55,594 bases of DNA, from NCBI GenBank assembly GCA_020845775.1, contig JADLFC010000017.1, positions 1-55,594 on the forward strand. Direction: 5' to 3'. Positions 1 to 10,642 of this stretch are shown one piece after another. Source of the DNA: Deltaproteobacteria bacterium. GTDB lineage: Bacteria > Bdellovibrionota_C > UBA2361 > SZUA-149 > JADLFC01. Below the pieces are notes generated by a model that saw nothing but the letters and a program-made list of their open reading frames with translations, ran no database searches and had not been told where the DNA came from. Position 1 is the first letter of the stretch, and every line of letters begins with the position of its first letter. Both the position numbers and the translations under genes were made by a program.

Positions 1-357
1 GTTTACTATGAGCAGTCAAAAGCACTTCATGGAGCGGACGTAGTGATGTCGCTTCGCATGAAAGAGGAATACCTTCACGAGGCGTTTATTCCCACCAAAG
101 AGGAATATGCCAGGCGCTATTCTGTGAAAACCGAATTATTGGATAAATACGCGCCAAATGCCATAGTTCTAGCACCTGGGCCATTTATAAGAGGTGTGGA
201 AATTGAGTCCAAGGTTCTAGATAGCACGCGATCTAGAGTAAATCAGCAAGTTGCTAATGGCGTGGCTGTGAGAATGGCTGTGCTGTTTTTGCTTTGTCAA
301 AGGCAAAAGACTGCTGAAGTTTCTCGCGGCGAAGAGGAGTTTAGATATAATGCCTAA
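1..357 (+). CDS. pyrB: Aspartate carbamoyltransferase catalytic subunit, C-terminal fragment (5' end lies outside the window)
   Basis: Frame 1 is open from base 1. Translation ...ALHGADVVMSLRMKEE...IVLAPGPFIRGVEIESKVLDSTRSRVNQQVANGVAVRMAVL matches the conserved ATCase C-terminus (HPxP-xxRG-EI, QQ-xNG-xxRMA). It overlaps the pyrC start by 8 nt. Confidence 0.8.
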   Translation, partial: VYYEQSKALHGADVVMSLRMKEEYLHEAFIPTKEEYARRYSVKTELLDKYAPNAIVLAPGPFIRGVEIESKVLDSTRSRVNQQVANGVAVRMAVLFLLCQRQKTAEVSRGEEEFRYNA

Positions 358-1669
358 TGCTATGACGAAAAAGACTATTATTAAGGGCGGAAGAGTTATA
401 GATCCTAAAAACGGACTGGATGGCGAGTTCGATATTTTGCTGGAAGACGGTAAAATTATTGGGCTGGAGAGGCCGGGAGTTTTAGGTGGCATTGGTGCTG
501 TAGAAAATCTCGTAGATGCTAGCGGCTTAATCGTCGTTCCGGGTTTGATAGATATTCACGTGCATTTGCGCGAGCCTGGGTACGAGTGGAAAGAGACTAT
601 AGAGAGCGGCACGCATGCTGCTGTTTGCGGCGGCTTTAGCGCAGTGTGTTGTATGCCGAACACTTCTCCTGTCTGCGATAGGGCGCAAATTGTCGCGTTT
701 ATTTTGGAAAAAGCGCGAAATGCAGGTTTCTCGCGCGTGTATCCAATCGGTGCAATTACGCAAGAGCAAAAGGGTGAAAGCTTGGCTCCTATGCTGGAGC
801 TACGGGAAGCCGGTTCAGTGGCATTTTCAGACGATGGGCGTCCCGTATCTAGTCCAGCCGTAATGCGCAAAGCTTTGGAGTATAGCTTGATGTGTGATGC
901 TGTCCTCGCTTGTCATGAGGAGGAGCGAAGTTTATCGGAGGGCTTTGCAATGAACGAGTCGGCCATAAGCCTTAAACTCGGCTTGCCTGGAATGCCCACG
1001 GCCGCAGAGGACATCATGATTGCTAGGGATATTGAGCTAGCACGGCTTACGGGTGCTCGGGTGCATTTTTGCCACGTCAGCACTGCTAGGGCGGTCACTC
1101 TTATCGAGCGGGCAAAAAATGACGGTGTGAGAGTCTCCGCCGAAGTGTCGCCTCACCACTTTTCGCTTACTGAGGAGAGTGTGGCGAATTTTGATACTGC
1201 CTATAAAATGAGTCCGCCGCTTAGAAGTGCTGAAGATGTTGCCGCATTGCTAGATGGACTAAGTAGGGGGGTAATCGATTGCATAGCAAGCGACCATGCT
1301 CCGCATGAAAGGGATTCTAAAAATGTAGAGTTTGCAAAAGCTTCCATGGGCATAATTGGATTGCAGACGACACTTCCGCTAACACTTAAAAAAGTTAAAG
1401 AGGGAAAGCTGACTTTAGCTCGCGCCATCGAGGCTTTGACGAGCGCACCCGCGGCCTGCTTGGGGTTACCTGGCGGGAGTCTCAAGGTTGGCTCGGATGC
1501 TGATGTCACGATTGTTGATCTCGATAAGGAAGTTGTTTTTGACCAATCTATAAATCGCTCTAAGTGCAGTAACTCGCCATTTTTAAATTGTCTTTTGCGC
1601 GGAGTACCGGTGAAGACTTTTGTGGGAGGGCGAGAGGTGTTTTCGTTTGAGAAGGAGTTTAAGAAGTAA
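350..1669 (+). CDS. pyrC: Dihydroorotase
   Basis: 439 aa. Motifs DIHVHLREPG, MPNTSPV and ASDHAPH are typical of the amidohydrolase-type dihydroorotase. The gene lies between pyrB and carA. Confidence 0.9.
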   Translation: MPNAMTKKTIIKGGRVIDPKNGLDGEFDILLEDGKIIGLERPGVLGGIGAVENLVDASGLIVVPGLIDIHVHLREPGYEWKETIESGTHAAVCGGFSAVCCMPNTSPVCDRAQIVAFILEKARNAGFSRVYPIGAITQEQKGESLAPMLELREAGSVAFSDDGRPVSSPAVMRKALEYSLMCDAVLACHEEERSLSEGFAMNESAISLKLGLPGMPTAAEDIMIARDIELARLTGARVHFCHVSTARAVTLIERAKNDGVRVSAEVSPHHFSLTEESVANFDTAYKMSPPLRSAEDVAALLDGLSRGVIDCIASDHAPHERDSKNVEFAKASMGIIGLQTTLPLTLKKVKEGKLTLARAIEALTSAPAACLGLPGGSLKVGSDADVTIVDLDKEVVFDQSINRSKCSNSPFLNCLLRGVPVKTFVGGREVFSFEKEFKK

Positions 1670-1674
1670 GAACT

Positions 1675-2823
1675 ATGCGAGATAAAGTAAGTTCAAGTGT
1701 TCCGGCGCATTTGGCCCTAGCCGATGGAACTGTGTTTAAGGGTAGAGCTATAGGACAGATTGGCGAGGCTACGGGAGAAGTAGTGTTTAACACCTCCATG
1801 TATGGCTATCAGGAAATAATTACGGATCCCTCATATGTAAATCAAATGGTCACATTTACTTATCCTCATATTGGGAATGTGGGAGTAAATGCCGAAGATG
1901 TTGAGTCGGCCAGGGTGCAGGTAGCTGGAATTATAGTCCATGAGCTTTCAGCTTGCTACTCGAATTTTAGGGCTCAGGGTTCGCTTGAAGAATATCTAAA
2001 AGCTAACGGCGTAGTGGGGATTGCTGGGATAGATACGCGTTCTCTCGTGCTGCACATTCGCAATGTTGGAGCGCAGATGGGAGTAATAGCTAGCGGTGAA
2101 CACAATCCCGATGAGCTAGTAGATCGCGCTCGCGCGCTTCCAAGTCTAGAGGGACTCAATTTGGCTGAGCGCGTAAGTGCCTCGGCTGCCTATGATTGGA
2201 CTCAAGGTACTTGGGTTCTCGGTAGAGGATATAAGCAGCATACTACTAGTGAGCTAAGTAAGCGTCCCTTGGTAGTAGTTTTGGATTACGGGGTAAAGTA
2301 CAATATTCTTAGGCTGCTCATAGATAGTGGTTTTCGCGTTCGCGTTTTGCCTGTAGATTCGTTGGCGAAGGACGTTCTAGCTCTCTCACCGGATGGAGTT
2401 TTTTTGTCGAATGGCCCAGGCGATCCGGCGGCCGTGGTTGCGGCCATAGAGTGCGTTAGGGAACTTCTCGGCAAGAAGCCGATTTTTGGCATATGTTTGG
2501 GGCATCAGATTTTGGGGCTTGCTCTTGGGTTAAAGACTTATAAGCTAAAATTTGGCCACCGCGGTGGCAATCATCCGGTGCGCAATAAGATAACCGGTTT
2601 AGTGGAGATTACTTCGCAAAACCACGGATTTGCTTGCGTTCCGGACGACAAGCTGGCTTCAGTGAAGGTAAGCCACGTCAACTTAAACGACCAAACGGTC
2701 GAAGGCTTGAGTGTTGCCGATGCCCGTGCTTTTTCGGTTCAATATCACCCCGAAGCCTCGCCCGGACCGCGCGATTCGCGTTATTTGTTTGCTCAGTTTA
2801 GAAAAATGGTAGAGGTATTTTAA
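1675..2823 (+). CDS. carA: Carbamoyl-phosphate synthase small (glutaminase) subunit
   Basis: 382 aa. Carries the GATase catalytic motif [10 protein letters not shown] plus a CPSase small-chain N-domain. It sits immediately upstream of carB. Confidence 0.95.
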   Translation: MRDKVSSSVPAHLALADGTVFKGRAIGQIGEATGEVVFNTSMYGYQEIITDPSYVNQMVTFTYPHIGNVGVNAEDVESARVQVAGIIVHELSACYSNFRAQGSLEEYLKANGVVGIAGIDTRSLVLHIRNVGAQMGVIASGEHNPDELVDRARALPSLEGLNLAERVSASAAYDWTQGTWVLGRGYKQHTTSELSKRPLVVVLDYGVKYNILRLLIDSGFRVRVLPVDSLAKDVLALSPDGVFLSNGPGDPAAVVAAIECVRELLGKKPIFGICLGHQILGLALGLKTYKLKFGHRGGNHPVRNKITGLVEITSQNHGFACVPDDKLASVKVSHVNLNDQTVEGLSVADARAFSVQYHPEASPGPRDSRYLFAQFRKMVEVF

Positions 2824-2824
2824 A

Positions 2825-5800
2825 ATGCCAAAGCGCACAGATATTACTTCAATTCTCATCATTGGTTCTGGGCCTATAGTAATAGGGCAAGCTTGCGAGT
2901 TTGACTATTCTGGCACTCAGGCCGTTAAAGCTTTAAAGGAAGAGGGTTATAGGGTCATACTCGTAAATTCCAACCCCGCTACAATAATGACTGATCCAAA
3001 CTTGGCTGACAGGACTTATATAGAGCCAATAACCCGCGAATTTGTTTCCCAAATAATACGCAAAGAGCGTCCCGATGCTTTGCTTCCCACTATTGGAGGG
3101 CAGACTGCACTAAATGTTACGTTGGAGCTCGAAGAATCGGGAATATTCGAGGAGTGCGGAGTAAAGCTCATTGGGGCTAGTGCGGAAGCTATTAAGACGG
3201 CTGAGGATCGAGAGCGTTTTAAGGAGGCTGTTACGCGTTGTGGCTTAAGTAGCGCAAAGAGTTTTATTTGCCGCGATTTAGAAACTGCCAGGCGCGCGGC
3301 GGCAGAACTCGGCTACCCGTTAATCATTAGACCCTCGCGCACCTTGGGAGGAGCGGGTAGTGGAACTGTTTTTTGCGAGGAGGAGTTAGAAGAGAAACTG
3401 CGTTTGGGCTTTAGCTTGAGTCCTATTGGAGAACTCTTACTGGAGGAGTCGCTCATTGGCTGGAAGGAGATGGAGCTAGAGATCATGCGCGATTGTGCTG
3501 GAAATGCCGTGGTAATTTGCGGCATCGAAAATATCGATCCCATGGGAGTTCATACGGGAGACTCGATTACCGTGGCACCTATACAGACCCTTACCGATAA
3601 GGAGTACCAGCAGCTTAGAGATGGTGCTATCCGCCTGATGAATGAAATTGGAGTAGATACAGGCGGTTCTAATGTTCAATTTGCGATGTGTCCACGAACG
3701 GGGCGAGCAATAGTGATAGAGCTAAATCCGCGAGTCTCGCGCAGTTCGGCCTTGGCATCTAAGGCGACTGGTTTTCCCATAGCAAAGATTGCGGCGAAAC
3801 TGGCTGTGGGTTACACGCTCGACGAGTTGCCAAATGACATTACCGAAAAGACCCCGGCTTGTTTTGAGCCGAGCATAGATTACGTGGTCGTTAAAATTCC
3901 GCGCTTTGATTTTGAGAAATTTAAGACGACAAATCCCATTCTTGGCACGCAGATGAAGTCAGTGGGCGAGGTGATGGCCATTGGGCGAATTTTTCCAGAA
4001 GCCCTACAAAAAGCCTGTCGATCGCTAGAGGTCGGCAGAACAGGGCTTTTAGGGGGTGAGGAAAGCGCGGAAGGGGATTTAGAAGTTTTGCTAGCAAAAA
4101 TTGAAACGCTTAATCCTCGGCGCATATTTCAAATTGCGCGAGCTATGGAGCTCGGTGCGTCGCTAGAGGAATTAGCCAGAAAGTCGAACTACGATATGTG
4201 GTTTCTTTTCGAGATGCAGCGAATTGTGAAGGCTGAAAAAAGCCTGCTTGAGTTAGGTGAGAATGCGCTAAGTAGTAGAGAAGTGTTGCGCGAGCTAAAG
4301 CGCCTTGGGACAAGTGACAGGAGAATTGCAAAATTGTGTGGGGTTTCGGAGATCGATGTTGCTAGTCGCCGACGAGAGCTTAGTCTGCGGCCCGTTTTTA
4401 AGACAGTCGACACGTGCGCGGCCGAATTTGCATCGCATACGCCGTATCTATATTCTACGTATGATAGCACGGAGGAGGGAGAGGTATCCTCGGCCAAGAA
4501 GGTGGTCATATTGGGTGGTGGACCCAATAGAATTGGGCAGGGTATAGAGTTTGACTACTGCTGTGTACATGCCGCCATGGCGCTAAGGGGCATAAATATC
4601 GAGACGATAATGTTGAATTGCAATCCGGAAACCGTTTCTACCGATTACGATACTTCTGACAGACTGTATTTCGAGCCCTTGGAGTTAGAGGATGTAATGG
4701 AGGTGGTGCATAGAGAGAGGCCGTGGGGAGTAATCGTTCAGTACGGCGGCCAAACGCCACTAAGGCTAGCAAATGCCTTGAAGGATTGCGGAGTCCCAAT
4801 TATTGGCACTAGTCCAGAGGCTATAGAGCTTACGGAGGACAGGGAGAAATTTAAGCGGATTCTTGCCGAGCTAAATTTGTTGCAGGCAGAGAATAGGACG
4901 GTTAGCAGGCCGGATCAGGCCTGTCAGGCAGCTAAGGAAATCGGGTATCCAATAGTTGTAAGGCCAAGCTTTGTTTTGGGCGGGCGCGCAATGGCTATCG
5001 TATATACGGAGGACGAGCTTAAGACTTATATTGAGGAGAGTGTAATGGTGTCTAATGAGAGGCCGGTGTTAATAGACCGCTTTTTAGATAACGCCATTGA
5101 AATTGACGTCGATGCCGTTTGTGACGGGAAGCTGGTAGTAATTGCAGGAATTATGGAGCATGTGGAACGGGCTGGTATACATTCTGGAGATAGTTCATTC
5201 ATGCTGCCCGCCCAAACGCTTACGGATTCGGTGCTAGCTGAAGTGGAGCGAGCCTCGAAAATCCTCGCCCGGGCGTGTGGTGTAGTGGGCTTGATGAATG
5301 TGCAGTTTGCAGTATGCGGTGGCAAGGATGTATACGTAATTGAGGTTAACCCCAGAGCATCTAGGAGTGTGCCATTTGTCTCAAAGGTCACGGGCATTCC
5401 ATGGGCAAAGGTAGCTGCGAGAGTTATGGCGGGGGAAACTTTGCGGCAGTTACATGACAGTGCCGAGTATGGAGATATTCTTCGCTTTGAAAATTATGCC
5501 TTAGCTATTAGCGATCTAAATTATGTAGCGGTAAAGGAATCGGTGTTTCCATTCATTAAATTTCATGGAGTCGATGCCCTGTTGGGGCCAGAAATGCGCT
5601 CTACTGGTGAGGTGATGGGGATTGATAGGACTTTTGCAGGTGGTTTTTATAGGGCGCAGGTGGCTGCTGGCGCTACGCTTCCATTGAAAGGAACTGTGTT
5701 TTTAAGTTTAAGGGATGAAGATAAGGACGAGTCTTTAGATTATACGCGAAAGCTAAAGAGTATGGGCTTTAAGCTAGTCGCGACTAGTGGGACCGCGCAG

Positions 5801-6088
5801 TTTCTCCGCAAACACGATATAGAGGTAGAATCCATCAATAAAGTTCGCGAGGGTTCGCCACATATCGTAGATGCTCTTCTTGCGGGGGAGGTAGACTTGG
5901 TCATCAATACGCCGGAAGGAAGTGGGCCACTGCTCGATTCTCGCACGATACGCACTACCGCGTCTGATCTTAGATTGCCGCTCTTTACGACAGTGGCGGC
6001 GGCTCGTGCGGCAGTGGAGGCAATCGAGCAGATGAGTCTCGGAGATAGACTAGATGTGCTCTCTCTGCAGAGATATCTGGCGCAATGA
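2825..6088 (+). CDS. carB: Carbamoyl-phosphate synthase large subunit
   Basis: 1087 aa. Two ATP-grasp halves are recognisable ([22 protein letters not shown] and [22 protein letters not shown]), followed by a C-terminal MGS-like domain. Confidence 0.97.
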   Translation: MPKRTDITSILIIGSGPIVIGQACEFDYSGTQAVKALKEEGYRVILVNSNPATIMTDPNLADRTYIEPITREFVSQIIRKERPDALLPTIGGQTALNVTLELEESGIFEECGVKLIGASAEAIKTAEDRERFKEAVTRCGLSSAKSFICRDLETARRAAAELGYPLIIRPSRTLGGAGSGTVFCEEELEEKLRLGFSLSPIGELLLEESLIGWKEMELEIMRDCAGNAVVICGIENIDPMGVHTGDSITVAPIQTLTDKEYQQLRDGAIRLMNEIGVDTGGSNVQFAMCPRTGRAIVIELNPRVSRSSALASKATGFPIAKIAAKLAVGYTLDELPNDITEKTPACFEPSIDYVVVKIPRFDFEKFKTTNPILGTQMKSVGEVMAIGRIFPEALQKACRSLEVGRTGLLGGEESAEGDLEVLLAKIETLNPRRIFQIARAMELGASLEELARKSNYDMWFLFEMQRIVKAEKSLLELGENALSSREVLRELKRLGTSDRRIAKLCGVSEIDVASRRRELSLRPVFKTVDTCAAEFASHTPYLYSTYDSTEEGEVSSAKKVVILGGGPNRIGQGIEFDYCCVHAAMALRGINIETIMLNCNPETVSTDYDTSDRLYFEPLELEDVMEVVHRERPWGVIVQYGGQTPLRLANALKDCGVPIIGTSPEAIELTEDREKFKRILAELNLLQAENRTVSRPDQACQAAKEIGYPIVVRPSFVLGGRAMAIVYTEDELKTYIEESVMVSNERPVLIDRFLDNAIEIDVDAVCDGKLVVIAGIMEHVERAGIHSGDSSFMLPAQTLTDSVLAEVERASKILARACGVVGLMNVQFAVCGGKDVYVIEVNPRASRSVPFVSKVTGIPWAKVAARVMAGETLRQLHDSAEYGDILRFENYALAISDLNYVAVKESVFPFIKFHGVDALLGPEMRSTGEVMGIDRTFAGGFYRAQVAAGATLPLKGTVFLSLRDEDKDESLDYTRKLKSMGFKLVATSGTAQFLRKHDIEVESINKVREGSPHIVDALLAGEVDLVINTPEGSGPLLDSRTIRTTASDLRLPLFTTVAAARAAVEAIEQMSLGDRLDVLSLQRYLAQ

Positions 6089-6119
6089 GTTGAGTAGTGG
6101 ATTAGATGGAGTAAGGCTA

Positions 6120-6602
6120 ATGAGTGAACGAACGCCCATGACCCTTAAGGGGCATAAAGTGTTAAGCGAGGAATTGCAGAGACTAAAATATGTCGAGAGA
6201 CCTAAGGCGTCTAAAGCCATTGAGGTAGCTCGGGAGCACGGCGACTTATCCGAAAATGCCGAGTACGATGCGGCAAAGCAGGCGCAAGGGCTTTTGGAGG
6301 CAAAAATTCGCGATTTGGAGTCCAAGCTAGGTACGGCGCAAGTAGTCGATGTTTCTACGCTTTCAGGAGATAGGGTGGTTTTCGGCGCAACTGTAAAGAT
6401 TTGTTGCTTGGACGATGACGAGCGGCGTGAGATTTACATCGTAGGCGAGGACGAAGCGAATGCTGCGTTAGGGTTTTTATCTTACAAATCACCTCTCGCG
6501 CGGGCTCTTATTGGAAAGCAAGAGGGCGATGTCGTGCAAGTTAAATTGCCCTCTGGGGAGAAAGATTACGAAATTTTAGCGGTTAGCTTTGCAGAAAAAT
6601 AG
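6120..6602 (+). CDS. greA: Transcription elongation factor GreA
   Basis: Contains GDLSENAEYDAAKQAQ, the GreA coiled-coil signature, followed by a C-terminal FKBP-like domain. I chose the internal ATG at 6120 (MSERTPMTLKG...) because the longer ORF from 6054 would overlap the carB end. Confidence 0.88.
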   Translation: MSERTPMTLKGHKVLSEELQRLKYVERPKASKAIEVAREHGDLSENAEYDAAKQAQGLLEAKIRDLESKLGTAQVVDVSTLSGDRVVFGATVKICCLDDDERREIYIVGEDEANAALGFLSYKSPLARALIGKQEGDVVQVKLPSGEKDYEILAVSFAEK

Positions 6603-6616
6603 TTGGGGCTAGTGTT

Positions 6617-8164
6617 TTGGCTGGCGTAGCTAAATATATTCTGGCTTTGGATCAAGGGACTACGTCTTCGCGCTCCATTTTGTACGATTTAAGTGGTTGT
6701 GAACTTGCGGTAGCTAACAAGCCTATATCGGTGAACTTCCCCAGCGACGGATGGGTCGAGCAGGAGGCATGCGAGATCTGGGAGGCACAGCTTGCTACGA
6801 TGAGAGAGGTGTGTAGCGGAGTAGAGCCTGCAAGCATTGCAGCTATTGGAATTGCGAACCAGCGCGAGACTTTAATTTGCTGGGATCCATTAGACGGCAA
6901 GGTGTTGGCGCCTGCCATTGTTTGGCAATGTAGGCGTTCGTCTGAAATTTGCTCTCGGCTTCGCAGGGCTGGCCTGCAAGACGAGATTGGAAGCATTTCG
7001 GGCTTGGTATTAGATCCCTATTTTTCCGCGAGCAAGATTCTTTGGCTTCAAGAAAATGTCGATGGATTAAGAGAAAGGATGCAGCTTGGCCGAGCTGTTT
7101 TTGGAACGGTTGATAGCTGGCTCGTGTACAATTTGACTAAAAGTAAGACCTCGGCTCCGGCATTGGTTACTGAATCCTCGAATGCCTCTCGCACCATGCT
7201 TTTTTCGCTCAAAAAGACTGATTGGGATGACAAGCTTTTAGAAATATTTTCGCTTTATAGGCATAACTTGCCACGGATTGTTGCTTCTTTTGGCATATTT
7301 GGAAGGACTTCCATACTCGGTGGTGGAAGTGAAATCCCCATTTGTGGGGTTTTAGGCGATCAGCAAGCGTCGTTGCTTGGACATGGGTGCATAGCGTCGG
7401 GTAGCGGAAAGTGCACGTTCGGCACTGGTGCCTTTATGCTGGTTAATACTGGCAGAGAGATCGTCACTTCTAATGAGGGTTTGCTAAGCTCGGTTGCCTG
7501 GCAGATGCGAGGTGAAGTGGGTAGAGCTGCTGTCGAAAAGGGGGATTGCTCTTATGTAGTGGAGGGCAGCGTATTTATGGCCGGTGCGCTCATCGGGTGG
7601 CTAAGAGACGGCATTGGGCTCATTAGTAGTTCGGCTGAGAGCGAGTTAAAGGCCTCGCAAGTAAACGACAGTTCTGGTGTAGTTGTAGTGCCGGCCTTTG
7701 TTGGATTAGGGGCGCCTTATTGGGACGATAGTGCGCGCGGAATAATTGTTGGGCTTAATAGGAATGTGACTGCTAACCACATCGTTCGTGCATGCCTAGA
7801 GGGCGTTGCTCACCAGGTGGCTGATTTACTTGAGTGCAGCGGTTTAAGTGAGCTACGCGAGCTAAATATAGACGGTGGCATGAGCGCTAACGAAGTGTTT
7901 TGTCAGATTTTAGCGGATATATCTCAAAGAGAGGTAGTTGTTTCATCTAGCGCAGAGCTAACGGCTTTAGGTGCCGCGCGGGCTGCTGCCTTTGGAGCTG
8001 GAGAATTTAATTCTTTGGAGCACGCAGTGGAGAGCATGCTAGCGAGCGGCAGCGGTTCTGCAAAGCCATTAAGGAGATTTGCGGCAAGAAAAGCGGAATC
8101 CCAAGTGGCAGTCGCGCGCAGACGTTGGAAGTCTGCGGTTGAGCGGTCGAGAGATTGGAGTTAG
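6617..8164 (+). CDS. glpK: Glycerol kinase (FGGY family)
   Basis: N-terminal ALDQGTTSSR is the glycerol-kinase signature; the gene has an FGGY N-domain and C-domain length. The start is a TTG. Confidence 0.85.
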   Translation: MAGVAKYILALDQGTTSSRSILYDLSGCELAVANKPISVNFPSDGWVEQEACEIWEAQLATMREVCSGVEPASIAAIGIANQRETLICWDPLDGKVLAPAIVWQCRRSSEICSRLRRAGLQDEIGSISGLVLDPYFSASKILWLQENVDGLRERMQLGRAVFGTVDSWLVYNLTKSKTSAPALVTESSNASRTMLFSLKKTDWDDKLLEIFSLYRHNLPRIVASFGIFGRTSILGGGSEIPICGVLGDQQASLLGHGCIASGSGKCTFGTGAFMLVNTGREIVTSNEGLLSSVAWQMRGEVGRAAVEKGDCSYVVEGSVFMAGALIGWLRDGIGLISSSAESELKASQVNDSSGVVVVPAFVGLGAPYWDDSARGIIVGLNRNVTANHIVRACLEGVAHQVADLLECSGLSELRELNIDGGMSANEVFCQILADISQREVVVSSSAELTALGAARAAAFGAGEFNSLEHAVESMLASGSGSAKPLRRFAARKAESQVAVARRRWKSAVERSRDWS

Positions 8165-9546
8165 TCGTGAGCTCGATTTATAGAACCATAAATCCAATTA
8201 CGGGCGAGTTAGTTAGAGAGTTTGCGTTTTGCTCCGGTCATGAGGTCGAGGCTGCGCTAAATGCAGCGTGCGAGGCTTTCTTGCTGCTGCGCCGGGCAAG
8301 CTTTTCGGAGCGAGCTCAGTTATTTTTGGAATTAGCAAGGCGCCTTGAGATGGAGGCAAATACTTGTGCTCGCCTAATGGCTATAGAGATGGGTAAACCC
8401 ATTGCTCAAGGCGAGGCGGAGGTAAGAAAGTGTGCCGCTACTTGCCGCTATTTTGCAGAGCACGGCGAGGCCTTGTTGGCTGGGGAGGAGGTAGTTAGGC
8501 TTGACGGGAATATGGCGCAAGTTAGGTTTGAGCCGCTTGGCCCAGTATTAGCTATCATGCCGTGGAATTATCCGTTTTGGCAGGTGTTTCGCTGTGCGGT
8601 TCCTGCGATAATGGCCGGCAACGTGGTTTTGTTAAAGCATGCTCCCAATACTCCTCAGTGCGCCCTAGCAATTGAGGGGTTGTTTGATTCTAGTGGTTTT
8701 TCAAGAGGCACTTTTCGTTCGCTCTTTCTTAGCAATGAGCAGGTGGAAAAGGTTATATCCGATAGGCGTTTGGCAGGGGTTTCTTTTACTGGGAGCGTAG
8801 AGACTGGAAAACTTGTCGGTAGCATTGCTGCTCGCAATTTGAAGAAGATAGTGTTAGAGCTTGGCGGAAGTGATCCGTTTATAGTGCTTAAAGATGCTGA
8901 TATTGCGGCTGCTGCTAGTGCTGGTGCGCGGTCTCGCTGTGCGAATGCCGGTCAGCTGTGTTGTGCAGCAAAGCGATTTATCGTAGATGCAGGTATTTTT
9001 AGACCTTTTGTTGATCACTTTTTGCAGGAAATGGAGTCCCAAGTGCTCGGCGATCCGCTGGATCCAGAAGTTACCATGGGTCCTTTAGCGCGAGCGGATT
9101 TAAAATCTCAGTTGCAGCGCCAAGTAGAAAGGCTTGTCAATTTAGGGGCCACGGTGATTTCAAAAGAGGGTCTTTCACTGCCACCTAAAGGCTTTTTCTT
9201 TGCACCTCTAGTGCTCAGTTCGGCGTCCACGCAACTATCGCTTTTTCAAGAAGAACTTTTTGGGCCAGTAGCGCACATAGTTTCCTTTGAGGAGGAAAAC
9301 GAAGCTATTTCCATTGCAAATGACACTAACTTTGGTTTGGCAGCAAGTATTTGGACTAAGGACGTAGAGCACGGAAAAGCTTTGGCTCGTCTAGTCGATG
9401 CTGGCAACATAGTAATCAACGGAATAATCCACTCCGACCCCAGCACGCCCTTCGGGGGAGTTAAGGATTCTGGTTTTGGGCGGGAGTTGGGAAGAGAGGG
9501 GATGCGGGAGTTTGTAAATATCAAGGCGGTTTGGGTGGATCGTTAG
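8155..9546 (+). CDS. NAD(P)-dependent aldehyde dehydrogenase (succinate-semialdehyde dehydrogenase-like)
   Basis: 463 aa. Motifs INPITGE, ELGGSDPFIV and the catalytic Cys region GQLCCAAKR place it in the ALDH superfamily. It overlaps the glpK stop by 10 nt, which suggests an operon. Confidence 0.85.
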   Translation: MELVVSSIYRTINPITGELVREFAFCSGHEVEAALNAACEAFLLLRRASFSERAQLFLELARRLEMEANTCARLMAIEMGKPIAQGEAEVRKCAATCRYFAEHGEALLAGEEVVRLDGNMAQVRFEPLGPVLAIMPWNYPFWQVFRCAVPAIMAGNVVLLKHAPNTPQCALAIEGLFDSSGFSRGTFRSLFLSNEQVEKVISDRRLAGVSFTGSVETGKLVGSIAARNLKKIVLELGGSDPFIVLKDADIAAAASAGARSRCANAGQLCCAAKRFIVDAGIFRPFVDHFLQEMESQVLGDPLDPEVTMGPLARADLKSQLQRQVERLVNLGATVISKEGLSLPPKGFFFAPLVLSSASTQLSLFQEELFGPVAHIVSFEEENEAISIANDTNFGLAASIWTKDVEHGKALARLVDAGNIVINGIIHSDPSTPFGGVKDSGFGRELGREGMREFVNIKAVWVDR

Positions 9547-9620
9547 GGCTTTCTTTAAAAAAAACTTTGGTCGAGTAAACACGGTGTGAAACTCCCCGGG
9601 TTTATTCGACCGTGTCGTCG

Positions 9621-9653
9621 TCGTAAACTGGCAGGCGCCCTCGGAGCCTGCCA
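9621..9653. terminator. GC-rich hairpin (ctggcaggc-N9-gcctgccag) in the convergent gap between the ALDH gene and the LTXXQ gene; possible bidirectional terminator
   Basis: A perfect 9-bp inverted repeat is visible. The flanking T-runs are weak on both strands. Confidence 0.35.
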
Positions 9654-9674
9654 GTTGGCAACTATGTTTTTAAG

Positions 9675-10067
9675 CTATGCCTTGTCGCAGCTACCACCGC
9701 CGCAGTTATGCCCGCATGGCATCCCTTTATCGCCTTTCCAGTTCTTTCTCATTTCCTCGAATTGAGTTTTTTGCTTGTCGTTTAGAACTGATTGAACCTT
9801 CTTAACCTTCTCGTCGTGTTTTGCTTGCCGGCAATCCCTTCTCTCGGAAAACTTATTTAGGGAATTGCATCGCTTGTTATCTTTTTTCATTTGCGAAAAA
9901 ATTTCGGCAATTTGGTTAGCCTGGTCATCCGTGAGCTCGAGCTTGGCCTGAAGCCGCTCTATTTTCTGGTCGACCCACTTGCCATTTCGCTCAGCCAGCA
10001 CAGGCGTGCTGAGAACCATTACCGCGCATACGGCAAAAACTGATTTTGCTATGTAGCTTCTCTTCAT
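9675..10067 (-). CDS. Periplasmic LTXXQ-motif protein (Spy/CpxP/ZraP family) with a Cys/Gly-rich C-terminal tail
   Basis: A signal peptide (MKRSYIAKSVFAVCAVMVLSTPVLA) is followed by two LTxxQ-like helices (LELTDDQANQI and VLNDKQKTQFEEM). The C-terminus reads PCGHNCGGGSCDKA. A GGGAGA Shine-Dalgarno sits 5 nt before the ATG. Confidence 0.7.
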   Translation of the reverse strand: MKRSYIAKSVFAVCAVMVLSTPVLAERNGKWVDQKIERLQAKLELTDDQANQIAEIFSQMKKDNKRCNSLNKFSERRDCRQAKHDEKVKKVQSVLNDKQKTQFEEMRKNWKGDKGMPCGHNCGGGSCDKA

Positions 10068-10175
10068 TTGTATTTCTCCCAGTTAACAATAATTACACTG
10101 CATGACGTTAGACGAATGACATTCAACAATAATAATTAAATAGCTTTTTTTCATGTGCCCTTGCAATTCAAGGCC

Positions 10176-10300
10176 ATACCGTTTCCAAGAAGTAAGTTAA
10201 ATATTTTACTTTTTGGAAACGGTATTTGTTGTTTATTGGCAAGTGCTTACGCACTTGCTGTTTATACCATTTAAAAAAATCTTTTTTGTAAATGGCATAT
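10176..10300 (+). repeat. Dispersed structured repeat, copy A (three stem-loops)
   Basis: The copy reads ataccgtttccaagaagtaagttaaatattttactttttggaaacgg...ggcaagtgcttacgcacttgc...ccatttaaaaaaatcttttttgtaaatggcatat. It is about 90% identical to the copy at 17367-17490 and to the reverse-complement copy at 36496-36621. Confidence 0.9.
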
Positions 10301-10401
10301 GGCAAATTGACGTTCATTTTTTTTCTCAAGACCCAGCGTAGGTCCAAAACGATAATAAATACGGGGACTTAGTCACTTCGAGACATTGCTTGCCTTTATG
10401 G

Positions 10402-10430
10402 TTGAAGCCTTTTAGCTAAACTGCTATAAT
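10402..10430 (+). promoter_or_regulatory. Sigma-70-type promoter candidate for the rimP-nusA-infB operon
   Basis: -35 TTGAAG at 10402-10407, a 17-bp spacer, and a consensus -10 TATAAT at 10425-10430. This predicts a leader of about 200 nt before rimP. Confidence 0.5.
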
Positions 10431-10642
10431 CAAAAAGTTTTTTCGAGCGTGTTAATTTTTCTCCAGTTTTCCCGGCGCCAAGGCGCAAGTTCTCTTAGCA
10501 AGTAGGCTGCATTATAGCTGTTTTATCTGCGCTCGGGTGGTTCTAACTTCACTACATGTGGACTTGTTTGAACTCGCTGATGTGGGTGGCGCGGCGTTCT
10601 CGGGAGTAGTGTTTTTTGACTGTTGGGATGAGTTGATAGTTT

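Noticed and set aside
217-492. Minus-strand 91-aa ORF with an HSHSHSH run, plus dozens of other 60-160-aa antisense ORFs inside pyrC, carB, infB, mfd and uvrA-like
   Set aside because: They are fully embedded antisense in strongly supported genes. Their composition is low-complexity or Ser/Arg-rich, and they are typical spurious ORFs.
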